A stretch of DNA of 64,000 nt from Octopus sinensis. Taxonomy: Eukaryota. The notes beneath the pieces are model-generated. The model did no database searches. It was not told the origin of the DNA and worked only from the letters and a program-made list of their open reading frames with translations. Made by a program: the position numbers and the translations under genes. Below are positions 41,678-55,627 of this stretch, one piece after another (within the stretch, counting starts at the first letter, position 1; every line of letters starts with the position of its first letter). The stretch spans positions 29,202,001 to 29,266,000 of the forward strand of contig NC_043012.1 of NCBI RefSeq assembly GCF_006345805.1, in the 5' to 3' direction.

Positions 41678-42550
41678 CGAGGTCTGATCAATAAGTATAG
41701 AACTGTTGCTTTAGTAACGAAGCTTAAAGCATGCTGAGTGAAGCTGTTTGACCTTGGACTCTGCTGTGCATGCGCACTAAGTTTAAGATTCTAGCTCACT
41801 TCCGCTGTTTACAGCAGTGCTTGGAAGGAATGTGTGTAGCACGTGATTGATGCATTGACCATGACAGAGAACGTTGCCATGTCGATACCTGCTCAGAGGC
41901 CTACACAAAGTTGCAGAAAGTGTATAGAGATGAGTGTATAAGCCGCACACAAGTGGTTCAGACGTTTCCAAGATGGTCGAAAAAATGTCAATATTGACGA
42001 ACGTTCTGGGAGACCTGCAACCAGCAGAACTGAGAAAAAACATTGCAGATGTGCGCGCAGCTGTGAGGGGAAATCGTTGAATCACCATCCGTGAGTTATC
42101 AGAGGATTTGCAGATTAGTTACGGTTCAGTTCAGTCCAATATCACTGAAGATTTGGGTATGAAACGTGCGTCTGCCAAGTTTGTGCCCAAACTGCTTTCA
42201 CCTGACTGAAAAGACACTCGGGTTTCGGTTGCACAAGATCTCCTTGATTGTGTCGAGAATGCTGAAAACTTTTTGAAAACTTTGGGTAGGCCTCTGAGCA
42301 GGTATTGCCAAGCTTTTGGCAAATTTTGATGCAGATTCTCTGCTCAACTTTGTTATAGTCAATGCGACGATCGCACGCTATACACCTTCATTCCAATATC
42401 TGCTGTAAACAAAGGAAGTTAGCTAGAACGTTAAAATTTAGTGTGCATGCACAGCAGAGTTCAAGGTCAATCTGTGCCAAGTGGCTTTACTCTGCATGCT
42501 TTAGCTTTGTTACTATGACAACAGTCTGGATATTTATTGATCAGACCACG
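41678..42550 (+). mobile_element. Internally deleted mariner element with long inverted termini
   Basis: CGAGGTCTGATCAATAAGTAT / ATATTTATTGATCAGACCACG then TA; internal KWFRRFQDGR..DERSGRP..SAKFVPKLL. Confidence 0.9.
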
Positions 42551-42895
42551 TAGAAACACACACACATATACACAGATATACTTACACACACATATATACA
42601 CACATATATATATGTATATGTACATGCATACATATATATGTATATGTACATGCAAACATGTACATATATTTATGTATATTCATGTATGCATGCATATATT
42701 CACATCCCATAAATTTATCGGTAAAAAGAGTAAAAACAAAGGGATTTCTTTCAGGCTGCTACTCAACGCGTATTGAATCTATAGAGTTATTAGCCTTTAT
42801 CGGAGATGCCACTATAACAACTGTCTCCGACATATTTGACAAAGCCACTTGGTTGAAACTAGTGTAATGTGGTGTCTCTGATAAAGACAGCATCT

Positions 42896-43016
42896 ACGTA
42901 TGTATGTATGTATGTATGTATGTATGTATGTATGTATGTATGTATGTATGTATGTATGTATGTATGTATGTATATGTATGTATGTATGTTTGTATGTATG
43001 TATGTATGTAGGTATG

Positions 43017-43049
<33 letters not shown>

Positions 43050-43117
43050 TTGTATGTATGTTTGTATGTATGTATGTATGTATGTATGGTATGTATGTAT
43101 GTATGTAGGTATGAAGG

Positions 43118-43150
<33 letters not shown>

Positions 43151-43360
43151 TTGTATGTATGTTTGTATGTATGTATGTATGTATGTATGTATGTATGTAT
43201 GTATGTATGTATGTATGTTTGTATGTATGTATGTATGTATGTTTGTATGCATGTATGTATATATATGTTTCTTTGTATGTTTGTATGTATGTATGTATGT
43301 ATGTATGTATGTATGTATGTATGTATGTATGTATGTATGCATGCATGCATGTATGTATGT
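42896..43360. repeat. Long (TATG)n microsatellite
   Basis: Direct reading. Confidence 0.97.
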
Positions 43361-43613
43361 GTGTCTATGTGTGTGTGTGTCTATGTGTGTGTGTCTACGT
43401 GTGCGTATGTGTTCATCAATATATCGTCGTCTGCATTCACTCGTATCCGAGTATGTAATCTGTAGCGAGTGACCGTCCTGATAGGTGCAAAAGCTGCCAG
43501 TGCCTGAGGTGGCTTTTCAAGCCAATGGCGGTATCGAAGAACCGGGGGGCATTTATCGCAGGAGAGGATTGGCGGGCGACGAGGAAGTATATATACATAT
43601 ACATATACATACA

Positions 43614-43649
<36 letters not shown>

Positions 43650-43659
43650 TATATAATAT

Positions 43660-43704
<45 letters not shown>

Positions 43705-43709
<5 letters not shown>

Positions 43710-44315
43710 TTAGATAAAACTTAGATATGTTTCGACCAGGGATTGGTCCAGGCCATGTCTAACTTAATAGCACCACCTGATAGGATTATTCGAATCCTGT
43801 TTAAGTCAAGTTTTGTTCAAGTAGTGAGTTCTTGTTGGGTGAGTTGTATCCAATTATGGGTGGCTTGTCTGGTATTCTTTGAAGGAATCTATCCAGACTC
43901 TGTTTGAAGTTGATGGGATCCTTTTCCTCTTTGATCTCCCTCGGCACAATGTTAATAGGGCAGGGCCTGTCGAGGAAAAGAATTATGTTGCAGTGTACAT
44001 GTATGTTGTGATCTTGAATTTGGCAGGGGACGTATAGCCCGTGGTCCAAGTCTCGGATGAACCTTGAAGCTAATGTTTAGGTCGTTTGGGCAAAGTTGGC
44101 GGTATATTTTCCACATCGTACAAATGATGTACCGCTCACGGCGACGCTGGAGGGAGTAAAGTTTCAAGGCTTTAAGGCGATCCCAATAGTCGAGAGCAGC
44201 CATGCCTTCAATTTGTTTAGTGAGAGCCCTCTGGGGTGACTCAATTCTGGAGATGTTTTGTCTTGTGTGAGGAGACCACAGTGGGCAGCAGTATTCAAGG
44301 TGTGGCCGTACAAAA
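43705..44315 (-). mobile_element. CR1/Crack-like LINE 3' fragment
   Basis: Minus strand FVRPHLEYCCPLWSPH; DYWDRLKALKLYSLQRRRERY; FKQSLDRFLQRIPDKP. Confidence 0.85.
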
Positions 44316-45443
44316 TACGTTTATATATTCGTTTTGCAATGATTCTTGATGTGAATTCGTGTGTTGAAACAGATGTTGTTGTAGTTGGGGATGGTCATGT
44401 TGCCAGTTTAGCCAATGAAAACTCACGCACTATATATTTGGTGTTCACTTGCTTGAGCTTTATTTTATGTTAATTTTATTTCGGACAGAGTTCTTTCGTC
44501 ACACTTCTGTGACCTCATCAGTGGTCCTTTGCTTTCTTCTTTCTTTTTTGTGTGTCTCTCCTTACTAACGATCTGCCATTTTGTAATCCTGTAATCCTAT
44601 TGTATTTGCGCATGCGTATATCCCTGTTTGTGTCTATGTTTAGTAAGTGTGTGGGGGGGGGATGTGCCTGCATTATCAGTATCCCCAGTTTATACACGTT
44701 CGTTTAATTTACGTTTATTTATTTTATTCATTTCTTTATATCTACTTACCTTTTATTTTCTTTCTTTTGTGTATTAATTCAACTTAATTTATTTTCTTTA
44801 TGTATATAGTTATTTAATTCCATTTATTTATCTGTCTGTTGTATTATTTTCACATTATTATCAGTTTATGGGGATCTTATTCTGTCATAGGTTGTGGTGT
44901 GTGTGTTGGAGTGCTAGTGTTCCATTCTAGTTTCCTATTCAGGCTAGGTTTACCTTCTATTATGTGTGTAACTTCCGTAATTTGTGTAAGTGTTGCGTCT
45001 GTTCTATGCGTGGACAAGATTTTAACTTCTATGTTGTTGAGTGAGCCCCCGTGTTCCTGCTCGGCGTGCTGGTATAGTACCGATGAGCTCTTCTCTTCTT
45101 TAAGTTCCCTCCAATGCTTATTCACCCGCTCTCCTGTGCTCCGTGCTGTCTCCCCTATGTACGTCGTTGTCTTGTCACTGCGCCGTCCCTCTGTACATCT
45201 TATACTATAGACTACATTCCTAGTTTTACTGTTTGTCTTTGGGCTAAAGCTATATACAATACAGTGCCTATCAGTACAGGGGGTTCTACTAAAAGGGTAG
45301 GTTCTACCAATTAGAGATTTGATACATACAATAGGAATACAAAATGGCAGATCGTTAGTAAGGAGAGACACAAAAAAGAAAGAAGAAAGCAAAGGACCAC
45401 CGCCGAGGTCACAGAAGTGTGACGAAAGAACTCTGGCCAAAAT
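44316..45443 (-). mobile_element. 5'-truncated Penelope-like element with inverted partial terminal repeat (44478-44605 vs 45325-45443)
   Basis: KTRNVVYSIRC..TYIGETARSTGERVNKH (GIY-YIG); HHR at 44483-44527 (minus) GGACCA-CTGATGA-G-GTCAC agaagt GTGAC-GAAA-GAAC-TC-TGTCC; mutated mirror copy at 45394-45438. Confidence 0.9.
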
Positions 45444-45690
<247 letters not shown>

Positions 45691-46004
45691 GTCAAATAAC
45701 AACATCAAATTTACAAGTACACCAAATATTTCAAGACTATGACAAGTAAATTGGCTGTTGGCACTACTCCAGAAAACAATAAAAAATAATCTATCACTGA
45801 CAATCGCACAAAATTGTACTAAATACTGAATGACGTAAGTGAAAGTGACGTCTTAATGTCAAGGATCACCAAATTAGCAATGCCTATATATTTTCAAAAA
45901 AGTTTGCAAATTATTCAAATTTCATAAACATATCATCTGAATGTGTATTTTTTTTTGTTAGGACTCCAGGTGGCCTGGATTCCTTTCCCCACGAGAACGT
46001 TAAT

Positions 46005-46110
46005 TAGGCGCAAGCATGGCCGTATGGCGCGAAGCCTGCTTCCCAGCCACAAGCTTCAGTCCGTGTGTGACATTTGGGTTGACGGAAACTGAATGATTCC
46101 CATCATGTGT

Positions 46111-46160
<50 letters not shown>

Positions 46161-46380
46161 ATACGAACACACACACACACTATATATATATATATGCAAA
46201 TATATTGTGTGTGTGCGTGTGTTCGTTTGTGTTTGTCTACCACCACCGATTGACAACCAGTGTTGGTGTGTTTGCGTCCCCATAACTTAACGGTTCGGCA
46301 AAAGACATCGATAGAATAAGTACCAGGCTTACCAAAAAATTTAGCGCTGGGGTCGGCTCATTTGACTAACAATGATTTCA
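46005..46380 (+). mobile_element. Bipartite tRNA-derived SINE with internal (TG)n, diverged
   Basis: Homologous to 56808-56972 (head) and 55318-55510 (3' part). Confidence 0.7.
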
Positions 46381-46409
46381 AATTGTGGCACTAGGTCTCC
46401 AGTTTCGGA

Positions 46410-47060
46410 GTTTGGGGATAAGTTGATTACATCGACTCCAGTGTTCAAGTGGTACTTATTTTATCGACCCTGAAAGGATGAAAGGCAAAGTCGACCTCAA
46501 AGGAATTTGAACCTCGAACGTTAAGACGGGTGAAATGCCGCTTAAGGATGAAAGGCAAAGTTGACCTTGGCAGGATTTGAACTCAGAATGTAAAGACGGA
46601 CGAAATACCTATTTCTTTACCACCCACAAGGGACTAAACACAGAGAGGACAAACAAGGACAGACAAATGGATTAAGTCGATTATATCGACTCCAATGCGT
46701 AACTGGTACTTATTTAATCGACCTCGAAAGGATGAAAGGCAAAGTCGACCTCGGCGGAATTTGAACTCAGAACGTAGCGGCAGCCGAAATACCGCTAGGC
46801 ATTTCGTCCGGCGTGCTAACGTTTCTGCCAGCTCGCCGCCTTTATTTTTATTTATTTTTTTCACCACCCCTCCCCGTCGGAGCCTCGTGGAGCTGAGGTG
46901 TCTTTGCTCAATAAACACTCACAATGCCCGGTCTGGGAATCGAATCCGCGTTCTTACGACCGCGAGTCCGCGGCCCTAACCACTGGGCCATTGCGCCTCC
47001 ATGGACGAAATACGGCTAAGCATTTTGCCTGCCGTGCTAATGATTCTGCCAGATTACCGC
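46410..47060 (-). mobile_element. Nested SINE cluster: Nin-domain SINEs (best copy 46608-46840) plus a second tRNA SINE head (46860-47002)
   Basis: Repeated GAAAGGATGAAAGGCAAAGTCGACCTC; minus strand GGCGCAATGGCCCAGTGGTTAGGG..GGATTCGATTCCC. Confidence 0.85.
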
Positions 47061-48014
47061 TTTATCCCACTCATTCATAATGAAAGGAATATAAGGCTTT
47101 CAGAGCACCGCATTGCCTTATTCGATCTTATGTAGAATCACCATAATCAAAGCAAATACTAAAATCACCAGGCATTACAAATAGTCGCAGGTCAAAGAAC
47201 CCATTAGCTTGAACTACCACGATTTTATTCTGGCTGATCCTCATTTTGACTAGCTGTTTTCACAATGGCTGGAGATCACACGTCTTCTCATCACTTACCT
47301 GTGATTTCACTCTTTCTATTAATTATTAAGGAAAACTCATTTACACAATCATATATATAATTATAGGCTTTTTTTTTATTGTAACGAGTTTTCAATTCTT
47401 GGTCCGAAGCGTTATGTATACACTTATACCAGTAATGCCCTCGCTGACTATACTTAGCCGACTGATGACCCTTTACAAGGTTGAGCCATCCTTTTCACAG
47501 GTCTTTTTTTTTTCTCTTGGATTTCTAGCAACCTTCATCTATTTGCTGGTTTCATCACAAATGACCTGATCATGTAACACATTGAAACGGATTATATCTT
47601 ACCACTAATATTTACGAGTAGGTAGGTAGGTTATTACTCACCTGCTGACCTATCTACCTACCTACCTACCTACTTACCTATCTACCAACATACATATATA
47701 CATACATACATACATACATACATACATACATACATACATACATACATACTTAGCAATCTCATTCTAGGGCTTCGTTGCTAATTTCAGTCTATTTTCCAAA
47801 GCTAATTCTCACATTCTTCTTTCCTTTCATCCTGATTTCTTTATTTCTTCATCTTCAACCCTTCCTCCTTCCCCCTTCTTTATATATACCCCTCTATCTC
47901 TCTTTACTTCTCCCCCTCTCTCTCTCATTTACTCCTTACTAAATCGCTTTATCCCTCTAAGTTTATCAACTATCTACGCTCTCTCCTTGTTTTACTCACT
48001 CACTATCTGTCTGC

Positions 48015-48053
<39 letters not shown>

Positions 48054-48958
48054 AACCGTATAACTCTCAATAATTTGTTGAATTCCATGGTCGTTTGCTT
48101 TACTCATATGTTTAAAACACCTTCAGCCATTAACCATATCTTGCATAGAAACGCAGCCCACCCTGTTTTCAGTTTCATGTTGATCAGTACAAGTTATTAC
48201 ATCTGTTATGAAAGCTGCTGTCGCCCTATCTACATCTTTGTCCACTTTCATGAACTTTCTGAATACACATGCACACACATTGGCAAACTCTCACATATAC
48301 TCACACAAATACACACGTCTCTTTAATCCTCTGCTCAAATTTCAATAATAAAATGCTATTTAGCACAAAGTAATGCTATATTAAGTTTCAAAAATTAAGT
48401 AAGATAAATTACTAATAAACACACATTGCCAAACACATGTAATTATAGACCTACAGTACACGTGTAGAACACATATATAAATAAATATAAATTCCTTGTG
48501 AACGGAGAGCGGTTCCAATTCTTGGTATGAAACGTTAAAAATTCATTTATGTCATAAATAACTTGATGGAAATGGATAAACGCAACAAGATTTTTTCTGT
48601 ATTATTTTTTTCATTTCATTTATTGTAAATAGCTCTAACCACATATGGCTATACACTTCTGATTACATACGCACGCGCGCGCGCACACACACACACGCAT
48701 GCCCGCACACGCACACACATACACACACACACATAGACACTTACACGCTTACACATGCACGCATGCGCCCCCACCACACAAATGCAACCCTGCGTTGCGG
48801 CTACCTCAGGTTATGGGATTACGGAAATTGTAAAGTTTGATCACTAAACTCCGGATTCGGCCTGCAATTTCGCTCGTACGTAAACTTTGATAAATCTTAA
48901 CATTGAAAAAGCTACACTTCCTTCTTAGCCAAATGGCTGCTTCTCGCCATTTACATAC

Positions 48959-48992
<34 letters not shown>

Positions 48993-49090
48993 AGAGAGAG
49001 GGAGAGAGAGAAAGAGAGAAGAGAGAGAGAGAGAGATCAGTCTTTACTGACACTCCGATCTATCATCAACACCAAAACCAATATATATAT

Positions 49091-49208
49091 AGTAAAGTCA
49101 CCACATAAAAGTGGCTGTTGACAGTTACTACTCGTTTAACCTCAGGCAGACTCTCCACTAGCTGGTTATCGGTGGGACACTGCACCCTTTATATACAATA
49201 TATTGTTG
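49091..49208. mobile_element. Fragment of the 339-bp HHR unit family, spanning the unit junction
   Basis: AAAGTGGCTGTT..GTTACTACT.GTTTAAC..CAGGCAGA..GCTGGTTATCGGTG matches 20553-20674. Confidence 0.8.
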
Positions 49209-49246
49209 CAGATATCAGATATATATATATATACTCTATCTATCTG

Positions 49247-49339
<93 letters not shown>

Positions 49340-49393
49340 ATATGTATATATATACACATACACACACGCGCGCGCACGCACACACACACACAC

Positions 49394-49900
49394 ATATCAT
49401 AAAGGGCAGGAAAAATGACATGAAAAATTCACAGAAGATATACGTCCAAAATAATATTGTATTAATAGATAAATATATATATGATTATTTAAAAGGTTTG
49501 AGATATCTTACGATCGTTTCATGAATGTATTACCGTTCGAAATGAAATCCAAAATTGATAATCATTATTAGGTAATACATTCGTTCGTCAGAGAAAGGAT
49601 GAATGTCCGTGTAGTCACTCGAATGAGAGAGATGCTATTTAAAAACGTATAATAAAGATGTTTAAAATAAGTTACTGGCATAGATGTACATTGGTACAAA
49701 CTTGGGCTAAAAAGTTTAAAGAAATAATATAAATCCGTGGTAAAATCCTTTGTAGTAATCCATAATGTCTGTGTGTAGATAGAAGTCCCATAATTCCATT
49801 CTCTTCAATATGCAATCCATAAACGCAGAAAATAAAAGTCTTAAGGCTTAATTCAGAATTTCAAGGGACGAAATGTCCATGAGCAGGGTAACTCGCCAAA
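49394..49900 (-). mobile_element. PLE-type 3' end with HHR (49506-49594) having a 12-bp perfect stem II
   Basis: TCT-CTGACGA-AC-GAATGTATTACC..GGTAATACATTC-AT-GAAA-CGATCG-TA-AGA. Confidence 0.8.
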
Positions 49901-51669
49901 CAACTCTGACCACACGGCTTGTGTGTCTGTCTCTGTATATATTATTCACCTAGAATAAAATAACTTTAGCCAGATAGAGACTTGAAACTTGCCACAATAG
50001 GTCTGATTGATCAGAATTGCCTTGGAGCTAGATAACATCACTAGACAATGTCGATATGGTATTAGAGACCAATGATTCTGTGTTTCATTGGTGCATGGCT
50101 TGCCTGGCCTTCACAGTTTACCTTTTTGATACAATCCAGAACACGTAATTATAGCGGACAATATTAATTGCATTTGAGTAGTACAGAGTGGTGTAGTATT
50201 AACAATAAACAAAAGGGCAGCGATTCAGTGAAGACTTACGAGTACTTGCGGTTGAATGCTGTAATAAATACACAGGCCAAGAATGGAACTTTTACGTGAC
50301 AGGTCTCTCTTATGCCGCTCTACAATTTTAAACAAGACAGCACACATAGGATAATATGGTGGTAGATGTACAATGTGTCGTATATAAAACGGTATAATCA
50401 TGGTTGGAATGCCATTAAACATAGGTTTGCTGAATCAGGGGCTGAATCAGGGATGTCCCAGGGTTAAACAACAGCAAACTTAACTTCAGGATTTCTGGAA
50501 GTCGTAATATCATTGGGTGGCATGTGTTTCTTATATAGGCACAAAGGGAATAGGCGACTGTATGGCATTCTGTACTTAACTCTTACTATATTTCATCGAC
50601 CTTGGATGCAGAGCAAAGTTGACCTCGCATTTGATTTAGAACATAAAAACTGGATCAAATATCGCAAAGAATTTTTTTACGACGCTCTAACAATTCTGTC
50701 AGTTTGCCACCCCTGACAGTAATTAATAACATCAATGAAGAAGGGACTAGTAACGTAGGTGAAGGAGGTGATTAGTAACACATTTGAAAGAAGTAACTAG
50801 TTATATTAAGGAAGGAGATAACACCTGTGAAAGCGGTAAATAGGTAATAACTGTGACGGATGTAACAGGTAAGATTTGCGAAGAAGGCAATTAATTACAA
50901 GTGTCTGGTTGTTAACTGGTACATGCAAATACCTTAGAGTAGCTGTCAATGAAGTTAAATTTGGAGAAACAGTTTCGAATCTCAGCTCATCTCTTCTGTT
51001 CAAGGTTTCAGCGGCAGTCAACAAACTGGACAGGGCCAGATTAAGATGCCTCACCTATTCGCTCAAAGTGGTAGAAATAGAAACATAATATACTTCGAAT
51101 TCCAAAATGATTAATAAAACTGGGAAGAATATTTCAGTTTGAGATGTCTCTAAAAAGATGGAGAAGTCATGGCAAGAATACCTCTGATCTACTGAATAAA
51201 GTCCTACCTGGGGCTGAATAACCATAACAAATTATATTATTTTGCTTTAAGAATCTTAATACAATTAGATAAAGGTTAACTGATATTTCCTGTCCATTAA
51301 TAGCCAAAGAATATTAATTCAACTATCTTTTGGCAGCTCAGCGACGCAAACAAAAACACTGATACAGAAGAAAGCTGACATTCAGGAAGATAAATGTATC
51401 TAAAAACCAAATTAGGATTCATTATTATTATTTTATTGAAAGGAAAGAATAATTAGAAAAAAATTATCAGAAATTTTAGCCTTAAAGTTTTAAGATCTTA
51501 GCTTCAGTGCAGCCACAAGAAGGGAGAACTTTTTGGTGAAACACGCAGAAAAGACTCGAATATTTCTATGTGAGTGTGTGCGTGTGTGTGTGTGTGTGCA
51601 TATAGGAATATATATGCACGTCCGCGTGCACACACACACAAACACACACAGACACACAGACACGAAGTC

Positions 51670-51810
51670 TTGTGGTTAGCATATTGGGTTCACGATTGTA
51701 AGGGAGTGGATTCGATTCTTGGATCAGGTAGAGTGTGTGTCCTTGACCATTGCGCTTCATGACACGTAGCTTCAGTCTACCCAACTGAAAATAAGTGTCC
51801 GCCGACTGCT
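51670..51810 (+). mobile_element. Diverged tRNA-derived SINE head
   Basis: TGTGGTTAGC..GGATTCGATTC..TGTGTCCTTGA; related to 12481-12790. Confidence 0.55.
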
Positions 51811-51816
51811 GGTGCA

Positions 51817-51855
<39 letters not shown>

Positions 51856-52229
51856 CACACACACAAACACACAAACACATACACATGCACCATCTGACAC
51901 ACCTTCAGTGTTCTACTGGACAAGGCCAAGACAGTATCTATATCGTAGTAGTTAAAATACTTGACTAAAGCCTGGTACATGTCACCAAGTCATCTCACTT
52001 GCGAGTGACGGTTAGGATTTATATACAAATATATATGTGTGGGTATATGTGTGTGTGTGAGTGTGCGTGCGCGTGCGTGTACATTTCCATGTAAAATAAT
52101 TTAATTCATAATCGTTTATCTGACAATATATATTCTGTTTCACCAGTGGCACTCACGATTATGGGTTAAATATTTTATTCACTCTCAGACCTACAAAGCT
52201 TCATTCTGAACTGGCCAATGCCTTGAATG

Positions 52230-52308
<79 letters not shown>

Positions 52309-52312
52309 ATAT

Positions 52313-52350
<38 letters not shown>

Positions 52351-52361
52351 ACAAAAATATG

Positions 52362-52416
<55 letters not shown>

Positions 52417-52689
52417 TGATAGATAGATAGAATCCATCGCTACTGGTGTTACCTTCTTTGAAACGTCTGAACTAGTTTTGTGTACCACAGCTCGTTGTCA
52501 GTTCCCGAGCCTCCCACACCATCAATTCATTCTGCCGCTGCCCGTGCTCTCAGCCTTTCCCCCATAGGTTGCGTTAAATGGCTTGTAATGCAATTTTTTC
52601 ACTTCTGAAAAACAATGAATAATTAACGTTTATATGTTATATATGAAAATAAAAAATAGAAACAATTCAACACATCGTGTGAAAAGCAA

Positions 52690-54420
52690 CTTGTATCAAA
52701 TTAATGATATCCTTTCTACTCTACTTGAGGCTATTTCATTTGAAATGGTCGCACCATCTTTGGGTACCGTCCAATTTGCAATATCCAACATTTGAATTTC
52801 CCTGGTAATGTTGTTCTGTCAATTGCCGTTAGTCCCTGTTCCACTAAATCGCCTGTTTCTTTGCTTTGATTCTTATCATTTAATAAATCTTTATACCCTC
52901 TGCCGAGACTCTTTACTGGTTGTTCTTTCACCGTTGGTATATCTTCACTTCCTATCCCGAATTTCATTTCTTTTTGGACTCCTTTCACGAAAGCCATGCT
53001 TCGAGATGTTTTGGCTTTGAATTTCCTTCTCGCCCATCCTATTAGTTTGTCCAACCGCTCTAACGTTCCATCTGCTGCTTCTCTACTTTCTGTAATACAG
53101 TAACGTCATCCATAAAAGCCTTAATGGTGTTTTTGTAAGAGATTTCTCACAGTTTATCGATCTTAGTACCATCTCCATGACTAGCACAAATAAGATCACT
53201 GACACCGTGCATCCAGCTGCAATACCTACTTCAAGCCGTTGCCACTTCGTCGTGAACTTTCCTGCGATAAATTTCATCCTCATGAGCATTCGTTGAATAT
53301 CTGGAATCCAAAAGAAGTCCATAGCTGCTTGAATTAGCGCGTGTGGAAAAGATCCATATACATTGTCAGATCTAGCCATACAATGTACAGGGTTTTTTTC
53401 AGTTGTTTTGCACAGTTGATAGCTTTCCAGATGGCAAATGCATGTTCTATGCATTCAGGGATTCCAGGGATCCCTGCCTTTTAGATTGCTTCATTAACAT
53501 ATCCGTTATGCTGTACGAATCTTATGATTTGCCTGGCAATAATTCCAAACATGATTTTTCCATCTGTATTTAAAAGAGAAATGGGGCTGAATTGTCCTAA
53601 TGTTTTTGCCTCCTTCTCTTTAGGTAAATAGATACCTTCATCTATGCACCATCACTCTGCTATGTCTTTCTTCTTTCACATTTCCTTTATCAGTGCAATC
53701 AGTTGTAAACGCAATTTCGGGCAATACTTATAAACCTTGTAGCTCACTCCGTCGTTCCTTTTTGAACTTTTTGCTTTTGCTTTTCTAATGAACTCATCCA
53801 TTTCTTTCCGTCTGATGTCACTTAAATCGAATGGTACTCTTGGTTCGGGTGGTTTCTACAGCCCGAGCATTTCTGGGAGTACTTTATTTCTATCAGCGTC
53901 GCTGTGTGTCCCTTTAAGATGACATTCGAGCTCTTCTTTAGTGCAATCCAATCTTCTACTCTTACCTTCAGTAAACAAACATTTCGCATATTGGTACGGG
54001 TTGTTTACAAAAATACGATAATTCTTTTCTCTCTCCTTTCTTCTGTTCTTCCTTATGTCCTTTCTTAGTTGTTCTCGACGCCTCTTTTTTATCTCTTCAT
54101 ATAGCTATTTTAACCCTTCTCTTTGCTTCTCCTTTGCATCCCTCCATCTGGTTCTGAGATTTTTTCTTCTCTTCTCGTACTTTCTCTCCTCGATGATCTA
54201 CCCTTTGCCGATGATTCTTCATTTCCTGTTGTTTCAAGTCCAAATCTCTTCTCTCCTTCCTGATAGATTAAATTAGCCAAGTTCTCAAGTTTGTCAGCCC
54301 TTTGAATTTGGTGGTCATTCTTGCTACCTCGTCGTCGAATTTCTTATAGCTCGCTGCATCATTTACCTTCGGCCACTTAATCTTTGGGTTCTTCACGCCT
54401 ATCTCTTTTCATGGCTGTTT
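52690..54420 (-). mobile_element. Decayed R2-group (Hero-like) LINE RT region
   Basis: VYGSFPHALI, LEVGIAAGCTVSVILFVLVMEMV, WARRKFKAKTSRS, VKSLGR, LPGKFKCWILQ. Confidence 0.75.
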
Positions 54421-54820
54421 CGATTCAACTGTGGAATGACACTAGTTATGGTTTCTTTCCAGGAGGTTCTAACCACACGTCTTCTGGTTTTTCAACGGTT
54501 TTTATATGTCTGTATGTATATGTATGCATATGAATGTAAGACTGTATCCGGTGCATATGTATGATTTCCATGTGCACAAGCTCCCGTCACTTATATGAAT
54601 ATGCATATGTTTGTATATATGCGGGTGTATGTGTATGTGTATGCAGGAGTGCAGGAGTGCGAATGTATGTCTATATATATATATATATAATCAAAATAAG
54701 CAACATATATATATATATATATATACACGTATATTTATAAGTATAAAAATGTCTAAATATATATGTATTATGTTACGTGTATGAATGTAAGCAACTATGT
54801 ATATATGAAGATGAGGTTGC

Positions 54821-54859
<39 letters not shown>

Positions 54860-55317
54860 TATGTACGTGTGTGCGAGTCTGTATATATGTATATACATAT
54901 ACGTTTGTGTGTGTGTATGTACGTATACATGCTTGTGTGCATGTGTACGTATGTAAACGTTGTGAACGCAGGTGGTTTATGTCTACGTAATTTATTTTTT
55001 ATGAGAATATGATTGTGTGTATATTTTTATATATTTCGTTATATATTTTTTATTCATAGATTTTTATCTTTTTTCTTTTACCATCTATTAGAGTTGCTTC
55101 CCGTATATCTAACGTTTTTACGTAGCATCTGTTGCCATTAATAGTCGACGAGAATGTATCGCATCTCTTCGCTCTGACATTTGAAACTCTGAGTACTATA
55201 ATGACAACCGTTAGGTGTTTGCTCTAATTTATAACACACACACATACACACACACACACACACACATACACACAGGAACTCACTCACACGCACACACACA
55301 TATATGTATGTATCTAT

Positions 55318-55592
55318 TTTACTCTTTTACTTGTTTCAGTCTGCGGCCATGCTGGAGCACCGCCTTTTAGTCGAACATATCGACCCCAGGATTTATTCTT
55401 TGTAAGCCTAGTACTTATTCTATCAGTCTCTTGCGCCGAACCGTTACGTTACGAGGACGTAAACACACCAGTATCAGTTGTCAAGCGATGTTGGGGGGAC
55501 AAACGCAGACACACAAACATGCACACATACATACATACATACATACATACATACATACATACATACATACATACATACATACATACATACTT

Positions 55593-55627
<35 letters not shown>

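Noticed and set aside
43725-43755. GACCA atccc TGGTC-GAAA hairpin resembling HHR stem II
   Set aside because: No CUGANGA upstream; it sits in the 3' UTR of the CR1-like LINE
47458-47490. CTGATGA motif
   Set aside because: No GAAA or supporting stems
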